Positions 51,604 through 63,626 are shown, counted from the first letter of the stretch. The stretch: DNA of 64,000 nucleotides from an uncultured Actinomycetota bacterium (GCA_963697565.1 CAVOOM010000008.1:218329-282328), one strand, 5' to 3'. The notes: generated by a model from the letters alone, not told the origin. A program made the numbers and translations.

Positions 51604-53295
51604 TCAGTGGCGGGACACGATCCCGGCGAGGGCCGCGTCGTCGGGCAGCGTCCCGTACTCGTGGCCGCGATCGGGGCCGAGCCGCGCCTCGATGAACGCC
51701 TCGCTGACCGGCGTGGGGGAGAAGCGGGCGAGCAGAGCCGCCTGCAGGGCGAGCGCCATCGACTCGACCACCGACCGCGCGCGGCGCTCGGCGGACCCCG
51801 GGTCCGCGGCGGCCAGCTCACGCACGTCGCGGCCGACCCGGTCGAGGTGCCCGTCGAGGATCGGGTGGTGCCCGCGGGAACGCTCCACCACGGCGCGGAA
51901 CGCTTCGACCGACTCGGGCTCGCGGCGCATCGCGCGCAGCATGTCGAGGGCGATCACGTTGCCGGAGCCCTCCCACACCGCCATCACCGGCTGCTCGCGG
52001 TAGCGCATTGCGAGCGGGAACTCCTCGGTGTAGCCGTTGCCGCCCAGGCACTCCATGGCCTCGTACGCGTGCTGGGGCCCGCGCTTGCAGATCCAGTACT
52101 TAGCCACCGGGGTGGCCAGCCGGCGGAAGGCGTGCTCCTCGTCACTGGCGTCGACGTCGTACGCCCGGGCCAGCCGGATCGCGGTGACCGTCGCGGCCTC
52201 GGACTCCAGGGCGAGGTCGGCGAGCACGTTCGCCATCGCCGGCTGGTCGACCAGCACCCGGCCGAACGCGGAGCGGTGGCGCGCGTGCCAGGCGGCCTCT
52301 GCCACCGCCTGGCGCATCCCCGCGGCCGAGCCGAGGACGCAGTCAAGACGGGTACGCGCGACCATCTCGATGATGGTGCGCACGCCGCGCCCGGGCTCGC
52401 CGACCATCGTGGCGACGGTGCCGTCGAACTCGATCTCCGACGAGGCGTTCGCCCGGTTGCCCAACTTGTCCTTGAGCCGCTGGATCCGAAAGACGTTGCG
52501 CGTGCCGTCGGGCAGGACGCGGGGGACCAGGAAGCAGGAGAGCCCCTCGCCGCCTCGTCCTTGCGCTTGCGCCAGGACGAGGAAGGCGTCCGACATCGGC
52601 GCGGAGCAGAACCACTTGTGCCCGGTCATGCGGTAGTCGGCGCCTGGCCCGCCCGGTCCCGTCGGCACGGCGACCGTGGTGTTCGCCCGGACGTCCGAGC
52701 CGCCCTGCTTCTCGGTCATCGCCATCCCGAAGATGGCCGAGGCCTTGCCCGGCGTGTCGAGCGCCGGGTCGTACGCGCGCGAGAACGCGCGGGGCAGCCA
52801 GGCCTCGGCCAGGTCGGGCTGCACCTGCAGGGACGGCACGACGGCGTGCGTCATCGAGATGGGGCAGGCATGCCCGGGCTCGATCTGCGCGAACAGCATG
52901 AAGACCGCGGCGCGCGCGACGTTGGCTCCCGGGCGCGGCTCGGCCCAGGCCGCGGTGTGGGCGCCGCGCTCCACGGCCGCGCCCATGATCCGGTGGTACG
53001 ACGGGTGGTACTCGACCTGGTCGATCCGGTGGCCCCAACGGTCGGTCGTCTGCAGCGTCGGGGTGAGGGTGTTGGCGATCGCCGCGTCGCGCTGGAACGA
53101 CGCGCTGCCCACGAGCGCGCCGATCTCGGTCAGCTCGGATTGGGCCCACCCGGCGCCATGGCGGTCGACCGCCTCGACCAGAACGGGGTTCACCGCGTAC
53201 TCATTGAGGTCCACGCGCGGCGGCGCCTGGTTGACCACCTCGTGGGTGAGGTGCGGAGAGGGAAGGGCCGTCCCCTCGGGGCCTTCGGCGGTCAT
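51604..53295 (-). CDS. AidB-like acyl-CoA dehydrogenase family protein
   Basis: ACAD fold with AidB-type N- and C-terminal extensions (..FGMAMTEKQGGSDV..YEAMECLGGNGYTEE..). Confidence 0.8.
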   Translation of the reverse strand: MTAEGPEGTALPSPHLTHEVVNQAPPRVDLNEYAVNPVLVEAVDRHGAGWAQSELTEIGALVGSASFQRDAAIANTLTPTLQTTDRWGHRIDQVEYHPSYHRIMGAAVERGAHTAAWAEPRPGANVARAAVFMLFAQIEPGHACPISMTHAVVPSLQVQPDLAEAWLPRAFSRAYDPALDTPGKASAIFGMAMTEKQGGSDVRANTTVAVPTGPGGPGADYRMTGHKWFCSAPMSDAFLVLAQAQGRGGEGLSCFLVPRVLPDGTRNVFRIQRLKDKLGNRANASSEIEFDGTVATMVGEPGRGVRTIIEMVARTRLDCVLGSAAGMRQAVAEAAWHARHRSAFGRVLVDQPAMANVLADLALESEAATVTAIRLARAYDVDASDEEHAFRRLATPVAKYWICKRGPQHAYEAMECLGGNGYTEEFPLAMRYREQPVMAVWEGSGNVIALDMLRAMRREPESVEAFRAVVERSRGHHPILDGHLDRVGRDVRELAAADPGSAERRARSVVESMALALQAALLARFSPTPVSEAFIEARLGPDRGHEYGTLPDDAALAGIVSRH

Positions 53296-53479
53296 GGCGA
53301 CGCCCTTCGCTCGGCGGTCTGCCCGCCCATTATCCAAGGTCCGCGGCCAGCGGGCGCCCGTGCTGTTGGGTCTCGTGCGAACGGAGCCGAGGTGGCTTTG
53401 GTCACGGGTATCCAGCAGCGTGCGGGGCTAGCCTGAAGTCGAGGGCGCGCAACACGCTCCCCATGAGAAGGGAAGTGCC

Positions 53480-53887
53480 ATGAGTGAGACCAGGCCGAGC
53501 GGCTGGGCTGTGGGCCTGACCGCGTTCGCCGGCTTCATGATGCTGCTCGTCGGGTTCTTCCAGGCGATCGCAGGCTTCGCCGCCCTGCTCGAGGGCAAGG
53601 TCTACGTCGTCGGGCAGGAGTACATCTTCACGTACGACGCCACGACCTGGGGTTGGATCCACCTCATCCTCGGCGTCGTCCTCATCCTGGCGGGCCTCGG
53701 CGTCCTGCGCGGCGGGGTGGTCGGGCGGACGATCGCGGTGATCATCGTCGGGATCAGCGCGATCGCGAACTTCATCTTCCTGCTGGGCTGGAACCAGCCC
53801 TTCTGGTCGATCCTGATCATCGTGCTCGACGTGGCGATCATCTGGGCGTTGACCGTGCACGGGCGTGACATCACCGTGGATTCCTGA
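53480..53887 (+). CDS. Small integral membrane protein (4 TM helices), unknown function
   Basis: 135 aa with four hydrophobic helices; typical conserved actinobacterial membrane protein. Confidence 0.6.
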   Translation: MSETRPSGWAVGLTAFAGFMMLLVGFFQAIAGFAALLEGKVYVVGQEYIFTYDATTWGWIHLILGVVLILAGLGVLRGGVVGRTIAVIIVGISAIANFIFLLGWNQPFWSILIIVLDVAIIWALTVHGRDITVDS

Positions 53888-53939
53888 ACGGCGACAGCCT
53901 GAGCCCGACCGGGCTCTGAGCACGGCCTTGCGGGGCGCC

Positions 53940-55133
53940 TCACGATCGCGTGGGGCGCCCCGCAAGCGCGAGGGCCAGCGCGAGCCGGCTCTGCGGGTCC
54001 TGCAGCACCCCTCCGAACAACTCGGCCAGCCGGGCGAGCCGATAGCTCACCGTCTGCGGGTGGACGGTGAGCGCCGCGGCCACCTGGGCCCGTTCGCCGT
54101 GGTGGGCCAGCCACGCCGCCAGGGTCTCCTCCAGGACGGCCCGTCGAGCTGGCGGCACCGATTCCAGTGGGGCCAGCACCTGACGGGCCAGATCGTCGAG
54201 CAGGGTCGGATCGGCGTGCACGACCAGCTCGGCCAAGTGGTCGGCGGCGGCCACCAGGCCGCCGTCGGGAAGGACGCCCTGCAGGGCGAGCCGGCGCACG
54301 GCGCGGGCGTGGGCCAACGACAGCGGCGCCTGCCCAGGCGCCCGGGTGGTGCCGAGGTAGACCGCCGTCGCGCCGAACCGCCCGGCCAGCGAGGCGGCGA
54401 GCCCCGGTAGGGCGGGCTCGGCGATGAGCGCCAGCAGGTCGGTGCCCTTCGGCAGGATGAGCACCTCGGGGTCGGCCTTGGCCGCCGCCGGCGGCACGTC
54501 CCCGCCGCCCGGCAGGTTGACCAGGGCCACCGTGAGCCGCTCGGGGATCGGCCACGCGGCGTCCTCGGCGAGCCGGCGCACGCGGGGGAGGGCGCTCGCG
54601 GCGTCCCCGTCGATCAGGGCCTCGGCCAGCCGCGAGCGCAGGACGTCGCGGTAGCCCGCGTCGGCGGCCTGCCGGCGGGCGAACCCGGAGGCGCTCGCGG
54701 CCGAGAGCTCATCGATGTAGACGAAGATCGCCTCGGCGAGCAAGACCAGCTGGTCCGTCCCCACGCCGCCGCGCACGGCGGCGGCGGCGAGGTCGGCCCA
54801 CGTGACGCGGGCCCCGATCCGGTAGGCGGCCAGCAGGGTGTCGAGGGAGCGGCCCTGGGCGCCCTCGCCCTCGCCGAGGGTCTCGTACACATGCCGGGCC
54901 CGGGAATCGAGGGCCGGGCGGTCGGTGCCCATCAGGTCGAGCAGCCGGTTGAGCGCGATCTCGACGCCGCGGCGGACGGTCCGGCCGAGGTCGCCGTCCA
55001 GCCCGGCCCGGAAGGCGGGCAGCTCGCGGTCGATCGCCGCGATGGAGCCGTCGATGGCGGCGGGCAGCGCCGGCCGAAGCAGCGTGGCGACGCCCGGCTG
55101 GAGCCCCGACCACGGGCGCAGCGCCTCGGCCAT
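53940..55133 (-). CDS. PucR/CdaR-family transcriptional regulator
   Basis: C-terminal PucR HTH (HPQTVSYRLARLAELFG); AAGGAGG SD before ATG 55133; the track ORF extends further in a junk frame. Confidence 0.75.
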   Translation of the reverse strand: MAEALRPWSGLQPGVATLLRPALPAAIDGSIAAIDRELPAFRAGLDGDLGRTVRRGVEIALNRLLDLMGTDRPALDSRARHVYETLGEGEGAQGRSLDTLLAAYRIGARVTWADLAAAAVRGGVGTDQLVLLAEAIFVYIDELSAASASGFARRQAADAGYRDVLRSRLAEALIDGDAASALPRVRRLAEDAAWPIPERLTVALVNLPGGGDVPPAAAKADPEVLILPKGTDLLALIAEPALPGLAASLAGRFGATAVYLGTTRAPGQAPLSLAHARAVRRLALQGVLPDGGLVAAADHLAELVVHADPTLLDDLARQVLAPLESVPPARRAVLEETLAAWLAHHGERAQVAAALTVHPQTVSYRLARLAELFGGVLQDPQSRLALALALAGRPTRS

Positions 55134-55230
55134 CGTGCCTCCTTCTTGTCTTCCAGTGACAAAGAACGTGCCCGGAGTCTGGCGTGTCAAGCCTAGCCAC
55201 TCGGTGCTCTTGTCCCCGAGACTAGAGGCC

Positions 55231-56718
55231 GTGACCGAGAGCGCCTTCGCGCAGACCCCCAGCCCCGCCCTGTCGGGCCCGTTGCCCCCCAGCGTCATCC
55301 AGGGCGGGATGGGGGTCGCCATCTCGGGCTGGGAGCTCGCCCGCGCCGTGTCTCGCACCGGCCAGCTGGGGGTCGTGTCGGGGACGGCCCTGGAGATCGT
55401 CTGCGCCCGGCGGCTGCAGCTGGGCGACCCGGGCGGGGACGTCCGCCGGGCCTTGGCGCACTTCCCGGTCCCGCGGGTGGCCGAGTGGATCCTGGCCGCG
55501 TACTTCGTCGAGGGCGGCAAGCCCGAGGCCGACCTGTTCAAGGCGGTCCCGCGGTTCACCCTGCAGCCGGCCGACCGGCTGCAGGAGCTCACGGTGGCGG
55601 CCAACTTCGTCGAGGTCTGGCTCGCCAAGGAGGGCCACGACGGGCCAGTCGGCATCAACTACCTGCGCAAGATCGAGCTGCCGCTGATCTTCGCGCTGTA
55701 CGGGGCGATGCTGGCCGGGGTCGACTACGTGCTCATGGGCGCCGGCAACCCCGGCGAGCTGCCCGAGCTGCTCCGCGCACTCGAGCGCCAGGACGACGTG
55801 TCCCTGTCGGTCCGGGTGCAGGGGTCGCGCTCGACCGACGGCGACACCGCGGTGCACTTCAGCCCGCTCGGCCTGCTCGGCCCGCTGCCCGCGCCGCGCC
55901 GACCCCGGGCGCTGGCGATCATCGCCTCGCTCGACCTCGCGGCCGGTTTGGCGGGGAGCCCGGCGGCCTGCCCGGACGGCTTCATCATCGAGGGCCCGAG
56001 CGCGGGCGGCCACAACGCGCCGCCCCGCGGACCCCGGCGCACCGACGAGGCCGGCCAGCCGATCTACGACGAGCGGGACGCGGTGGACCCGCGCGACGTG
56101 GTGGCGCTCGGCCTGCCCGTGTGGCTGGCCGGGTCGTACGGCAGCCCGGAGGGGCTCCAGCGGGCGCGGTCGGTGGGCGCGGCCGGGGTCCAGGTGGGAA
56201 CCGCGTTCGCGCTCTGCGAGGAGTCGGGGCTGGCGCCCGACCTCAAGCAGCGGGTGCTCGGCCAGGCGCTGGCCGGCGACCTCGAGGTGCTCAGCGACTG
56301 GCGGCTGTCGCCGACCGGCTTCCCCTTCCGGGTCCTGCAGATGGCCGGCACGCTGTCGGATCCCGAGACCTACGAGGCCCGCCAACCGGTGTGCGACCTC
56401 GGGGCACTGCGGTCGCCCTTCGTCAAGGAGGACGGCTCGATCGGCTACCGCTGCCCGGCGGAGCCGGCCGACGCGTACACCCGGATCAAGGGCGGACGCG
56501 AGCAGAACATGGAGGGCCGCCGCTGCCTGTGCAACGCGCTGATGGCCTCGGCCGGGCTGCCGCAGACCAGGCCCAACGGCTATGTCGAGCCGCCGCTGGT
56601 CACCGCCGGCAGCGACTTCAGCGGCGTCGTCCACCTCGCGCAGGGCTGGGCGCCCGGCGAGGCGTCGTACCCGGCCAGCGAGGTCATCGACTACCTGCTG
56701 GCCGGCCCGGTGGGCTGA
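55231..56718 (+). CDS. Nitronate monooxygenase (NMO / 2-nitropropane dioxygenase-like FMN TIM-barrel) family protein
   Basis: VIQGGMGVAISGWELARAV FMN-binding N-terminus; GTG start chosen; 495 aa. Confidence 0.7.
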   Translation: MTESAFAQTPSPALSGPLPPSVIQGGMGVAISGWELARAVSRTGQLGVVSGTALEIVCARRLQLGDPGGDVRRALAHFPVPRVAEWILAAYFVEGGKPEADLFKAVPRFTLQPADRLQELTVAANFVEVWLAKEGHDGPVGINYLRKIELPLIFALYGAMLAGVDYVLMGAGNPGELPELLRALERQDDVSLSVRVQGSRSTDGDTAVHFSPLGLLGPLPAPRRPRALAIIASLDLAAGLAGSPAACPDGFIIEGPSAGGHNAPPRGPRRTDEAGQPIYDERDAVDPRDVVALGLPVWLAGSYGSPEGLQRARSVGAAGVQVGTAFALCEESGLAPDLKQRVLGQALAGDLEVLSDWRLSPTGFPFRVLQMAGTLSDPETYEARQPVCDLGALRSPFVKEDGSIGYRCPAEPADAYTRIKGGREQNMEGRRCLCNALMASAGLPQTRPNGYVEPPLVTAGSDFSGVVHLAQGWAPGEASYPASEVIDYLLAGPVG

Positions 56719-56719
56719 G

Positions 56720-56771
56720 TCGCAGCACCGACTCGCAGCACCGACTCGCAGCACCGACTCGCAGCACCGCG
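56720..56771. repeat. Tandem repeat, 4 x 13 bp (TCGCAGCACCGAC), filling the gap between two convergent stop codons
   Basis: tga-gTCGCAGCACCGAC TCGCAGCACCGAC TCGCAGCACCGAC TCGCAGCACCGCG-tca. Confidence 0.85.
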
Positions 56772-57794
56772 TCACAGCGCCGCGGCCAGGGCGGCGAGCG
56801 TCGCCTCGCTGGTGTACGCCGGCCGCCAGCCGAGTTCGCGCTTGGCCTTGGCGGTGTCCATCAGGACCGAGGTGCGGAAGGCGTGCAGCCACTCGGCGAA
56901 GGAGGGGACGTAGGGCAGGCGTGTCAGTGCTTGCGAGGCGGCCCGGACCGAGGCCTGCGGGACCCGCACCGACCGCGCTCCGAGCGCATGCGCGATCTCG
57001 GTGAGCGACACGTCCCCGTCGCCTGCCAGGTTGTACGTGCCCGGTGCGCCGCGACCGGCGGTGGCCGCGGCCACGGCGGCGGCGACATCGTCGTGGTGGA
57101 CCAGCTGCACCCGCACCCCTGGATCCGGCAGCGTCGGCCGCAGGCCGGGGATCGCCCGCGCCGTGCTGGTCAGGATGGGCGGCAGGCTCCGGCCCAGGCG
57201 GGTCCAGGGCATGCGGTTCCAGGGCATGCGGTTCCAGGGCATCGAGTCCGCGAGCGTCGTGGCGCGGGGCCCGGCGACGATGCACGGCCGCAGCACGTAG
57301 ACGTCGACCCCTGAGCCAGCCGTCGACCCGGCGATCAGCGCCTCGCACTCGGCCTTCTGCATGGAGTAGTAGTGCTCGCTCGAGCCGCGCGCCGGCACGT
57401 CCTCGGTGAGGGGGCTCGGATTGTCGGCGTGGTAGCCGTACGCCGCGACCGACGAGGTATAGACGAGGCGCCGCGGCCGTGGGGCCGCGACGGTGGCCTC
57501 GACCACGTGGCTGGTGCCCGTCACATTGACCCGACGGGCGGCCGCGCGGGAACCCATGATCAGGAAGGCCAGGTGGACGACCACGTCGGCGTCGGCGACC
57601 AGGGCCTCGACGGCATCGCGGTCGAGGACGTCGCCCTGCCGGTACTCGGTCTTGGCCCATCCGCTGGCGGCCGGGTCGAAGGGCCGCCGGGCCATGCCCA
57701 GGATCCGGTCGACTCCCGGTTCGCGCTCCAGGGCCTCGATCGCCGGCCGGCCGATCGCGCCGGTCGGGCCCGTCACCGCCACGGTGATCCCCAT
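56772..57794 (-). CDS. NAD-dependent epimerase/dehydratase family protein
   Basis: VAVTGPTGAIGRPAIEAL Rossmann motif; YxxxK (YSMQK); contains an in-frame MPWNR tandem repeat. Confidence 0.75.
   Translation of the reverse strand: MGITVAVTGPTGAIGRPAIEALEREPGVDRILGMARRPFDPAASGWAKTEYRQGDVLDRDAVEALVADADVVVHLAFLIMGSRAAARRVNVTGTSHVVEATVAAPRPRRLVYTSSVAAYGYHADNPSPLTEDVPARGSSEHYYSMQKAECEALIAGSTAGSGVDVYVLRPCIVAGPRATTLADSMPWNRMPWNRMPWTRLGRSLPPILTSTARAIPGLRPTLPDPGVRVQLVHHDDVAAAVAAATAGRGAPGTYNLAGDGDVSLTEIAHALGARSVRVPQASVRAASQALTRLPYVPSFAEWLHAFRTSVLMDTAKAKRELGWRPAYTSEATLAALAAAL
57203..57247. repeat. Intragenic tandem repeat, 3 x 15 bp (TCCAGGGCATGCGGT), encoding MPWNRMPWNRMPWT in the minus-strand epimerase gene
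   Basis: Direct reading of the sequence; the third copy is diverged. Confidence 0.8.
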
Positions 57795-57883
57795 CACGGC
57801 CGACCCTAGCCGCAGGGGCGAGCGGGCCCCTGTCAACGCCGCGTGCCATAAGCCCCTCCCGCCAGCCCTCCCCGGCCCGAAGA

Positions 57884-58363
57884 ATGATCACGAGCCCGAG
57901 ACATGCGGGAGTGACCGTGCCGACTGTGCGCGACTTCCTCGAGCGGCTGCGTCCGAGCGGGACGCCGGGTGCCGCCTCGCTGTCGGGCGTGCCGGCGGAC
58001 CGCGTCGGCGAGCGCTCGGCCGAGCTTGAGCCGGTGCTCGCCCGGCTGTCGGACGTGCAGGCCGAGGCGGCCCGGATCCGGCAGGCGGCGAGCGTCGCGG
58101 CCGAGGCACGGGTCGCGGCCGCGGCCGAGCGGGCCCGCGCCCTGGTCTCCTCGGCCCGCCGGTCCTCGGAGGCGGAGCGCCGCGACGCCGCCGCCCAGGC
58201 CCGAGCCCAGGCGGAGGCGGAGACCCGCGAGCGGCTGGCCGACGCGGCGCGCGAGGCGGCGTCCGTGGCCGACGTCGCCGCGGCGCGCGAGGCCGAGTTC
58301 GTCGCCCGGGTGCTCGCGGAGGCCCGCGCCGAGGCGGCGCAGCTGCTGGCGGGGTCGCCGTGA
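57884..58363 (+). CDS. Ala/Arg/Glu-rich coiled-coil protein; possible V/A-ATPase peripheral-stalk subunit (G/H-like)
   Basis: Entirely coiled-coil composition; first gene of the ATPase gene string; stop overlaps the next start. Confidence 0.35.
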   Translation: MITSPRHAGVTVPTVRDFLERLRPSGTPGAASLSGVPADRVGERSAELEPVLARLSDVQAEAARIRQAASVAAEARVAAAAERARALVSSARRSSEAERRDAAAQARAQAEAETRERLADAAREAASVADVAAAREAEFVARVLAEARAEAAQLLAGSP

Positions 58364-59281
58364 CCACCGCCTGGGTGGCCGCCAGCGTCCGGGCCCGCGC
58401 GATGGCGCGCCGACGCCTCGGCGCCTCGGCTGCGCGCGGCCTGGCTGCCCGGCCGGTCCTCGGCGAGGCCGTCGACGCGCTGGCCGCCACCCCGTATGGA
58501 CGCGAGGTCCGCCCCGGCCAGACCCTCGCGGAGGCCCAGCACGCCATCGCGGCCACGCTGTTGTGGCACCTGCGGGTCCTCGGCGGATGGGTGCCGCACG
58601 GCGATGCCCGGATCCTGCGGGTCCTGGCGGGGGGCTTCGAGGTCGCCAACACCGACGAGCGGCTTCGCGAGCTCGCCGGCTCCGAGGGCGAGGCTCCCTT
58701 CCGCGTCGGCAGCCTGGCCACGGCGTGGAACCGGATCGCGTCGGCGACCTCGGTCGCGCAGGTCCGGGAGGCCCTTTCGCGCTCGGCCTGGGGGGACCCC
58801 GGCGCCGACACCCCGGTGGCGGTGCATCTCGGCATGCGGTTGTCCTGGGCCGCGCGGGTCAGCTCGAGCGTCCCGGCCGCCAGCCCCTGGGCGGCCGGCG
58901 CGGCCGCGCTCCTGGTCGCCCGCGAGGTCACGGCGGCGGGACGGCGGCCAACGCCGGACGCGGTACGCCTGGCGGCTCCGCTGCTCGGCGCGGCGTGGGC
59001 CGACGCCCGCACGCTTCGCGAGCTTGCCGCAGCCCTTCCCGCCAGCGCCGCCTGGTCTCTCGACGCGGTCACCGACCCGGGGGAGCTGTGGCAGGCGGAG
59101 GCGGCGTGGTGGCGGCGGGTTGAGCGGGACGGCTTCGCCTTGCTGAGACGGCCCCTGACGTCCCCCGAGCCCGTCATCGGCTCGGTGGCCGTGCTGGCCG
59201 CTGACGGCTGGCGGGTGCGGGCAGCCCTGGAGGTGGCCGCGCGCGGCGGCGCCCTGCGGCCGAGCGCGCTGGAGGCCTTCG

Positions 59282-59295
<14 letters not shown>
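58360..59295 (+). CDS. Putative V/A-type ATPase subunit C (AC39/d family)
   Basis: 311-aa helical protein immediately upstream of the I subunit and translationally coupled; weak motif similarity only. Confidence 0.4.
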
Positions 59296-61113
<1,818 letters not shown>

Positions 61114-61114
61114 C

Positions 61115-61327
61115 ATGGGCCGCGTGGCCGCGATCGGCGAGGCCGTGCGCGTGCAGGGATTGGCGCTTGCGGGCGTGCTGGTGCTGCCCGGCGAGGAGCC
61201 GGCCGCCGTGCGGGCCAGCTGGGCCGCCCTGCCGTCCGACGTCGCGTTGGTCATGCTCACGCCGCTCGCGGCAGGCGCCCTCGGGGCGCAGCGCCTCACG
61301 CGCCTCACGGTGGTGATGCCGCCGTGA
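61115..61327 (+). CDS. atpF: V/A-type ATP synthase subunit F
   Basis: MGRVAAIGEAVRVQGLALAGV..VALVML pattern typical of F subunits; 70 aa. Confidence 0.6.
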   Translation: MGRVAAIGEAVRVQGLALAGVLVLPGEEPAAVRASWAALPSDVALVMLTPLAAGALGAQRLTRLTVVMPP

Positions 61328-61860
61328 CCGAGCACCCCCGGCCCCCCGCCGAGATCCGCACCGACCCGCTGGCGCCGCTGCGCGAGGCCCTGCTGTCGCG
61401 CGCCCGCGCCGACGCGGCGGCGACGCTGGCCGCGGCGGACACGTCCGTCGCGGGGACGATGGCCGACGCCCAGCAGCAGGTCGACACGATGCTGGCCGAG
61501 GCGCGGGACACCGGCCGGGCCGATGCCGCGGTCGTGCTCGCCGGCGAGCGGGCCCGCGCCGCGCGCACCGCGCGGGGCCTCGTCCTCGCGGCCCAGCGGG
61601 ACGCGTACGAGGCCATGCGCCGTCGGGCCCGGGACGCGGTGTCCGGGCTGCGCGGCGATCCGTTGTACCCCGCGCTGCTGGAGGCCCTGCGGCAGCGCGC
61701 CCGCGTTGACCTTGGCCCTGAGGCCGTCCTTCGCGAGCACCCGCGGGGCGGTGTCATCGGCGAGGGCGCCGGCCGGCGGGTGGAGTACACCCTGGACGAC
61801 CTGGCCGACGGAATCGTCGACCGGCTCGGCGCCGAGCTGGACGGGGTGTGGGCGCCGTGA
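61324..61860 (+). CDS. atpE: V/A-type ATP synthase subunit E
   Basis: N-terminal coiled coil, C-terminal globular domain (RRVEYTLDDLADGIVDRLGAEL); GTG start overlaps the atpF stop. Confidence 0.55.
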   Translation: MTEHPRPPAEIRTDPLAPLREALLSRARADAAATLAAADTSVAGTMADAQQQVDTMLAEARDTGRADAAVVLAGERARAARTARGLVLAAQRDAYEAMRRRARDAVSGLRGDPLYPALLEALRQRARVDLGPEAVLREHPRGGVIGEGAGRRVEYTLDDLADGIVDRLGAELDGVWAP

Positions 61861-63626
61861 GCGGCGCGGCGGGCGGCGACCGGGTGGCAGCCACCCCGGC
61901 GGGGCGGGTCGTCCGGGTGAACGGGCCGCTGGTCGAGGTCGAGGGCCTTCCGGGCGCGTCGATGGCCGAGGTCGTGGAGCTCGGTCCGCTGCGCCTCCTC
62001 GGCGAGCTGGTCGCCTTCGCGGGCCCGGTCGCGACCGCCCAGGCGTACGAGTACACCGGCGGCCTGAAGCCGGGAGACGAGGCCAGGCCGCGTGGAGAGC
62101 CGCTGTCGGCGCCCTTGGGCCCGGGGCTGCTGGGCGGCGTCTTCGACGGCCTGCTGCGCCCGCTGCTCGGCGCGGGCACCTGGCTGGTCCCGGGTGTCGA
62201 GGTGCCGGACGACCCGCGCACCTGGGCGTTCGAGCCGGAGGCCAAGGTCGGCGACCGGGTGGCGGGCGGTGAGGCGCTCGGGGGGGTCCGCGGGGCCGGG
62301 CCGCTGCGGCTGCGGTTGCTCGTGCCCCCCGGCGTCGAGGGCCCGGTCGACTCGATCGCCGAGGCGGGCGCGTACGCCTCCGACGCCACCCTCGCGGTCG
62401 TGGCCGGCCAGCCCGTGGCGATGACGCAGCGGTGGCCGGTGCGGAGCCCGCGGCCGTACGCCGCGCGGGTGGACGGCAGCGAGCCGCTGGTCACCGGGCA
62501 GCGGGTGCTCGACCTGCTCTACCCGGTCGCCCTCGGCAGCACCGCCGGGGTGCCCGGGGGGTTCGGGACCGGCAAGACGGTGCTGCTCCAGCAGATCGCC
62601 AAGTGGTGCGCCGCCGACGTCATCGTCTACGTGGGCTGCGGGGAGCGCGGCAACGAGATGGCCGACGTCGTCGCCGAGCTCGCGGAGTTGGTCGACCCGC
62701 GGACGGGCGGACGGCTGGCCGAGCGCACCGTCGTGGTGGCGAACACGTCCAACATGCCGATGATGGCCCGCGAGGCGAGCGTCTACACCGGCGTGACGGT
62801 GGCGGAGTACTTCCGGGACATGGGCCTGCACGCCGTGGTGATCGCCGACTCGACCTCGCGGTGGGCGGAGGCGCTGCGCGAGTTCGCGTCGCGGTCCGGC
62901 GCGCTGCCTGCCGAGGAGGGCTACCCGGCGAGCCTCGGCTCGGCGCTGGCCGCCTTCTACGAGCGGGCCGGCCATGTGCGCACCCTGGCGGGCGGGCTGG
63001 GGTCCGTCACGGTGATCGGCGCCGTCTCACCTCCGGGCGGGGACGTCACCGAGCCGGTCACCGCGAACACCGAGCGCTTCGTCCGCAGCGTCTGGTCTCT
63101 CGACCGCGAGCTGGCCTACGCCCGCCACTACCCGGCGGTGTCGTGGACGGCGTCGTTCTCCCGCGACGCGGGGCCGCTGGGCGCCTGGCACGCCGCGCGC
63201 GGCGACCCCGACTGGGCGCGCCGACGCGGACGGGTCCTCGGGCTGATCGCCGACGCCGACCGGTTGGCGGCGCTGGCCGACCTCGTCGGCGTGGGCTCGC
63301 TGCCAGGCGCCGAGCGGATGGTGCTGCTGGCCGGCCGGCTGCTGCGCGAGGCGGCGCTGCAGCAGAGCGCGCTGTCGGCCGCCGACGCGGTGTGCTCGCT
63401 GGAGAAGGGGGCCGCGCTCGTCGACGCGGTCCTCGTGGTCCTTGACCGGTGCCTGGCGTTGGTCGAGCGCGGCGTGCTTGCCTCGGACCTCGAGGACGTC
63501 GACTGGGGTCCGCTGGTGCGCGCGCGCGATGAGACCGAGTCCACCGACGTCGCGGGAGTCGAGTCCCGCCGCGACATCGTTCTGGCGGCGCTGGACGGGC
63601 TCGCCCCGGGGGAGGCCGCGCCATGA
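61848..63626 (+). CDS. atpA: V/A-type ATP synthase catalytic subunit A
   Basis: Walker A GGFGTGKTVLLQQIAKW, GERGNEMADVV and the non-homologous region characteristic of A subunits; 592 aa. Confidence 0.9.
   Translation: MGAVSGAAGGDRVAATPAGRVVRVNGPLVEVEGLPGASMAEVVELGPLRLLGELVAFAGPVATAQAYEYTGGLKPGDEARPRGEPLSAPLGPGLLGGVFDGLLRPLLGAGTWLVPGVEVPDDPRTWAFEPEAKVGDRVAGGEALGGVRGAGPLRLRLLVPPGVEGPVDSIAEAGAYASDATLAVVAGQPVAMTQRWPVRSPRPYAARVDGSEPLVTGQRVLDLLYPVALGSTAGVPGGFGTGKTVLLQQIAKWCAADVIVYVGCGERGNEMADVVAELAELVDPRTGGRLAERTVVVANTSNMPMMAREASVYTGVTVAEYFRDMGLHAVVIADSTSRWAEALREFASRSGALPAEEGYPASLGSALAAFYERAGHVRTLAGGLGSVTVIGAVSPPGGDVTEPVTANTERFVRSVWSLDRELAYARHYPAVSWTASFSRDAGPLGAWHAARGDPDWARRRGRVLGLIADADRLAALADLVGVGSLPGAERMVLLAGRLLREAALQQSALSAADAVCSLEKGAALVDAVLVVLDRCLALVERGVLASDLEDVDWGPLVRARDETESTDVAGVESRRDIVLAALDGLAPGEAAP

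Noticed and set aside
56720-56771. CRISPR array
   Set aside because: Only a 13-bp perfect tandem repeat without spacers. No repeat-spacer architecture exists anywhere in the window, and there are no cas genes.
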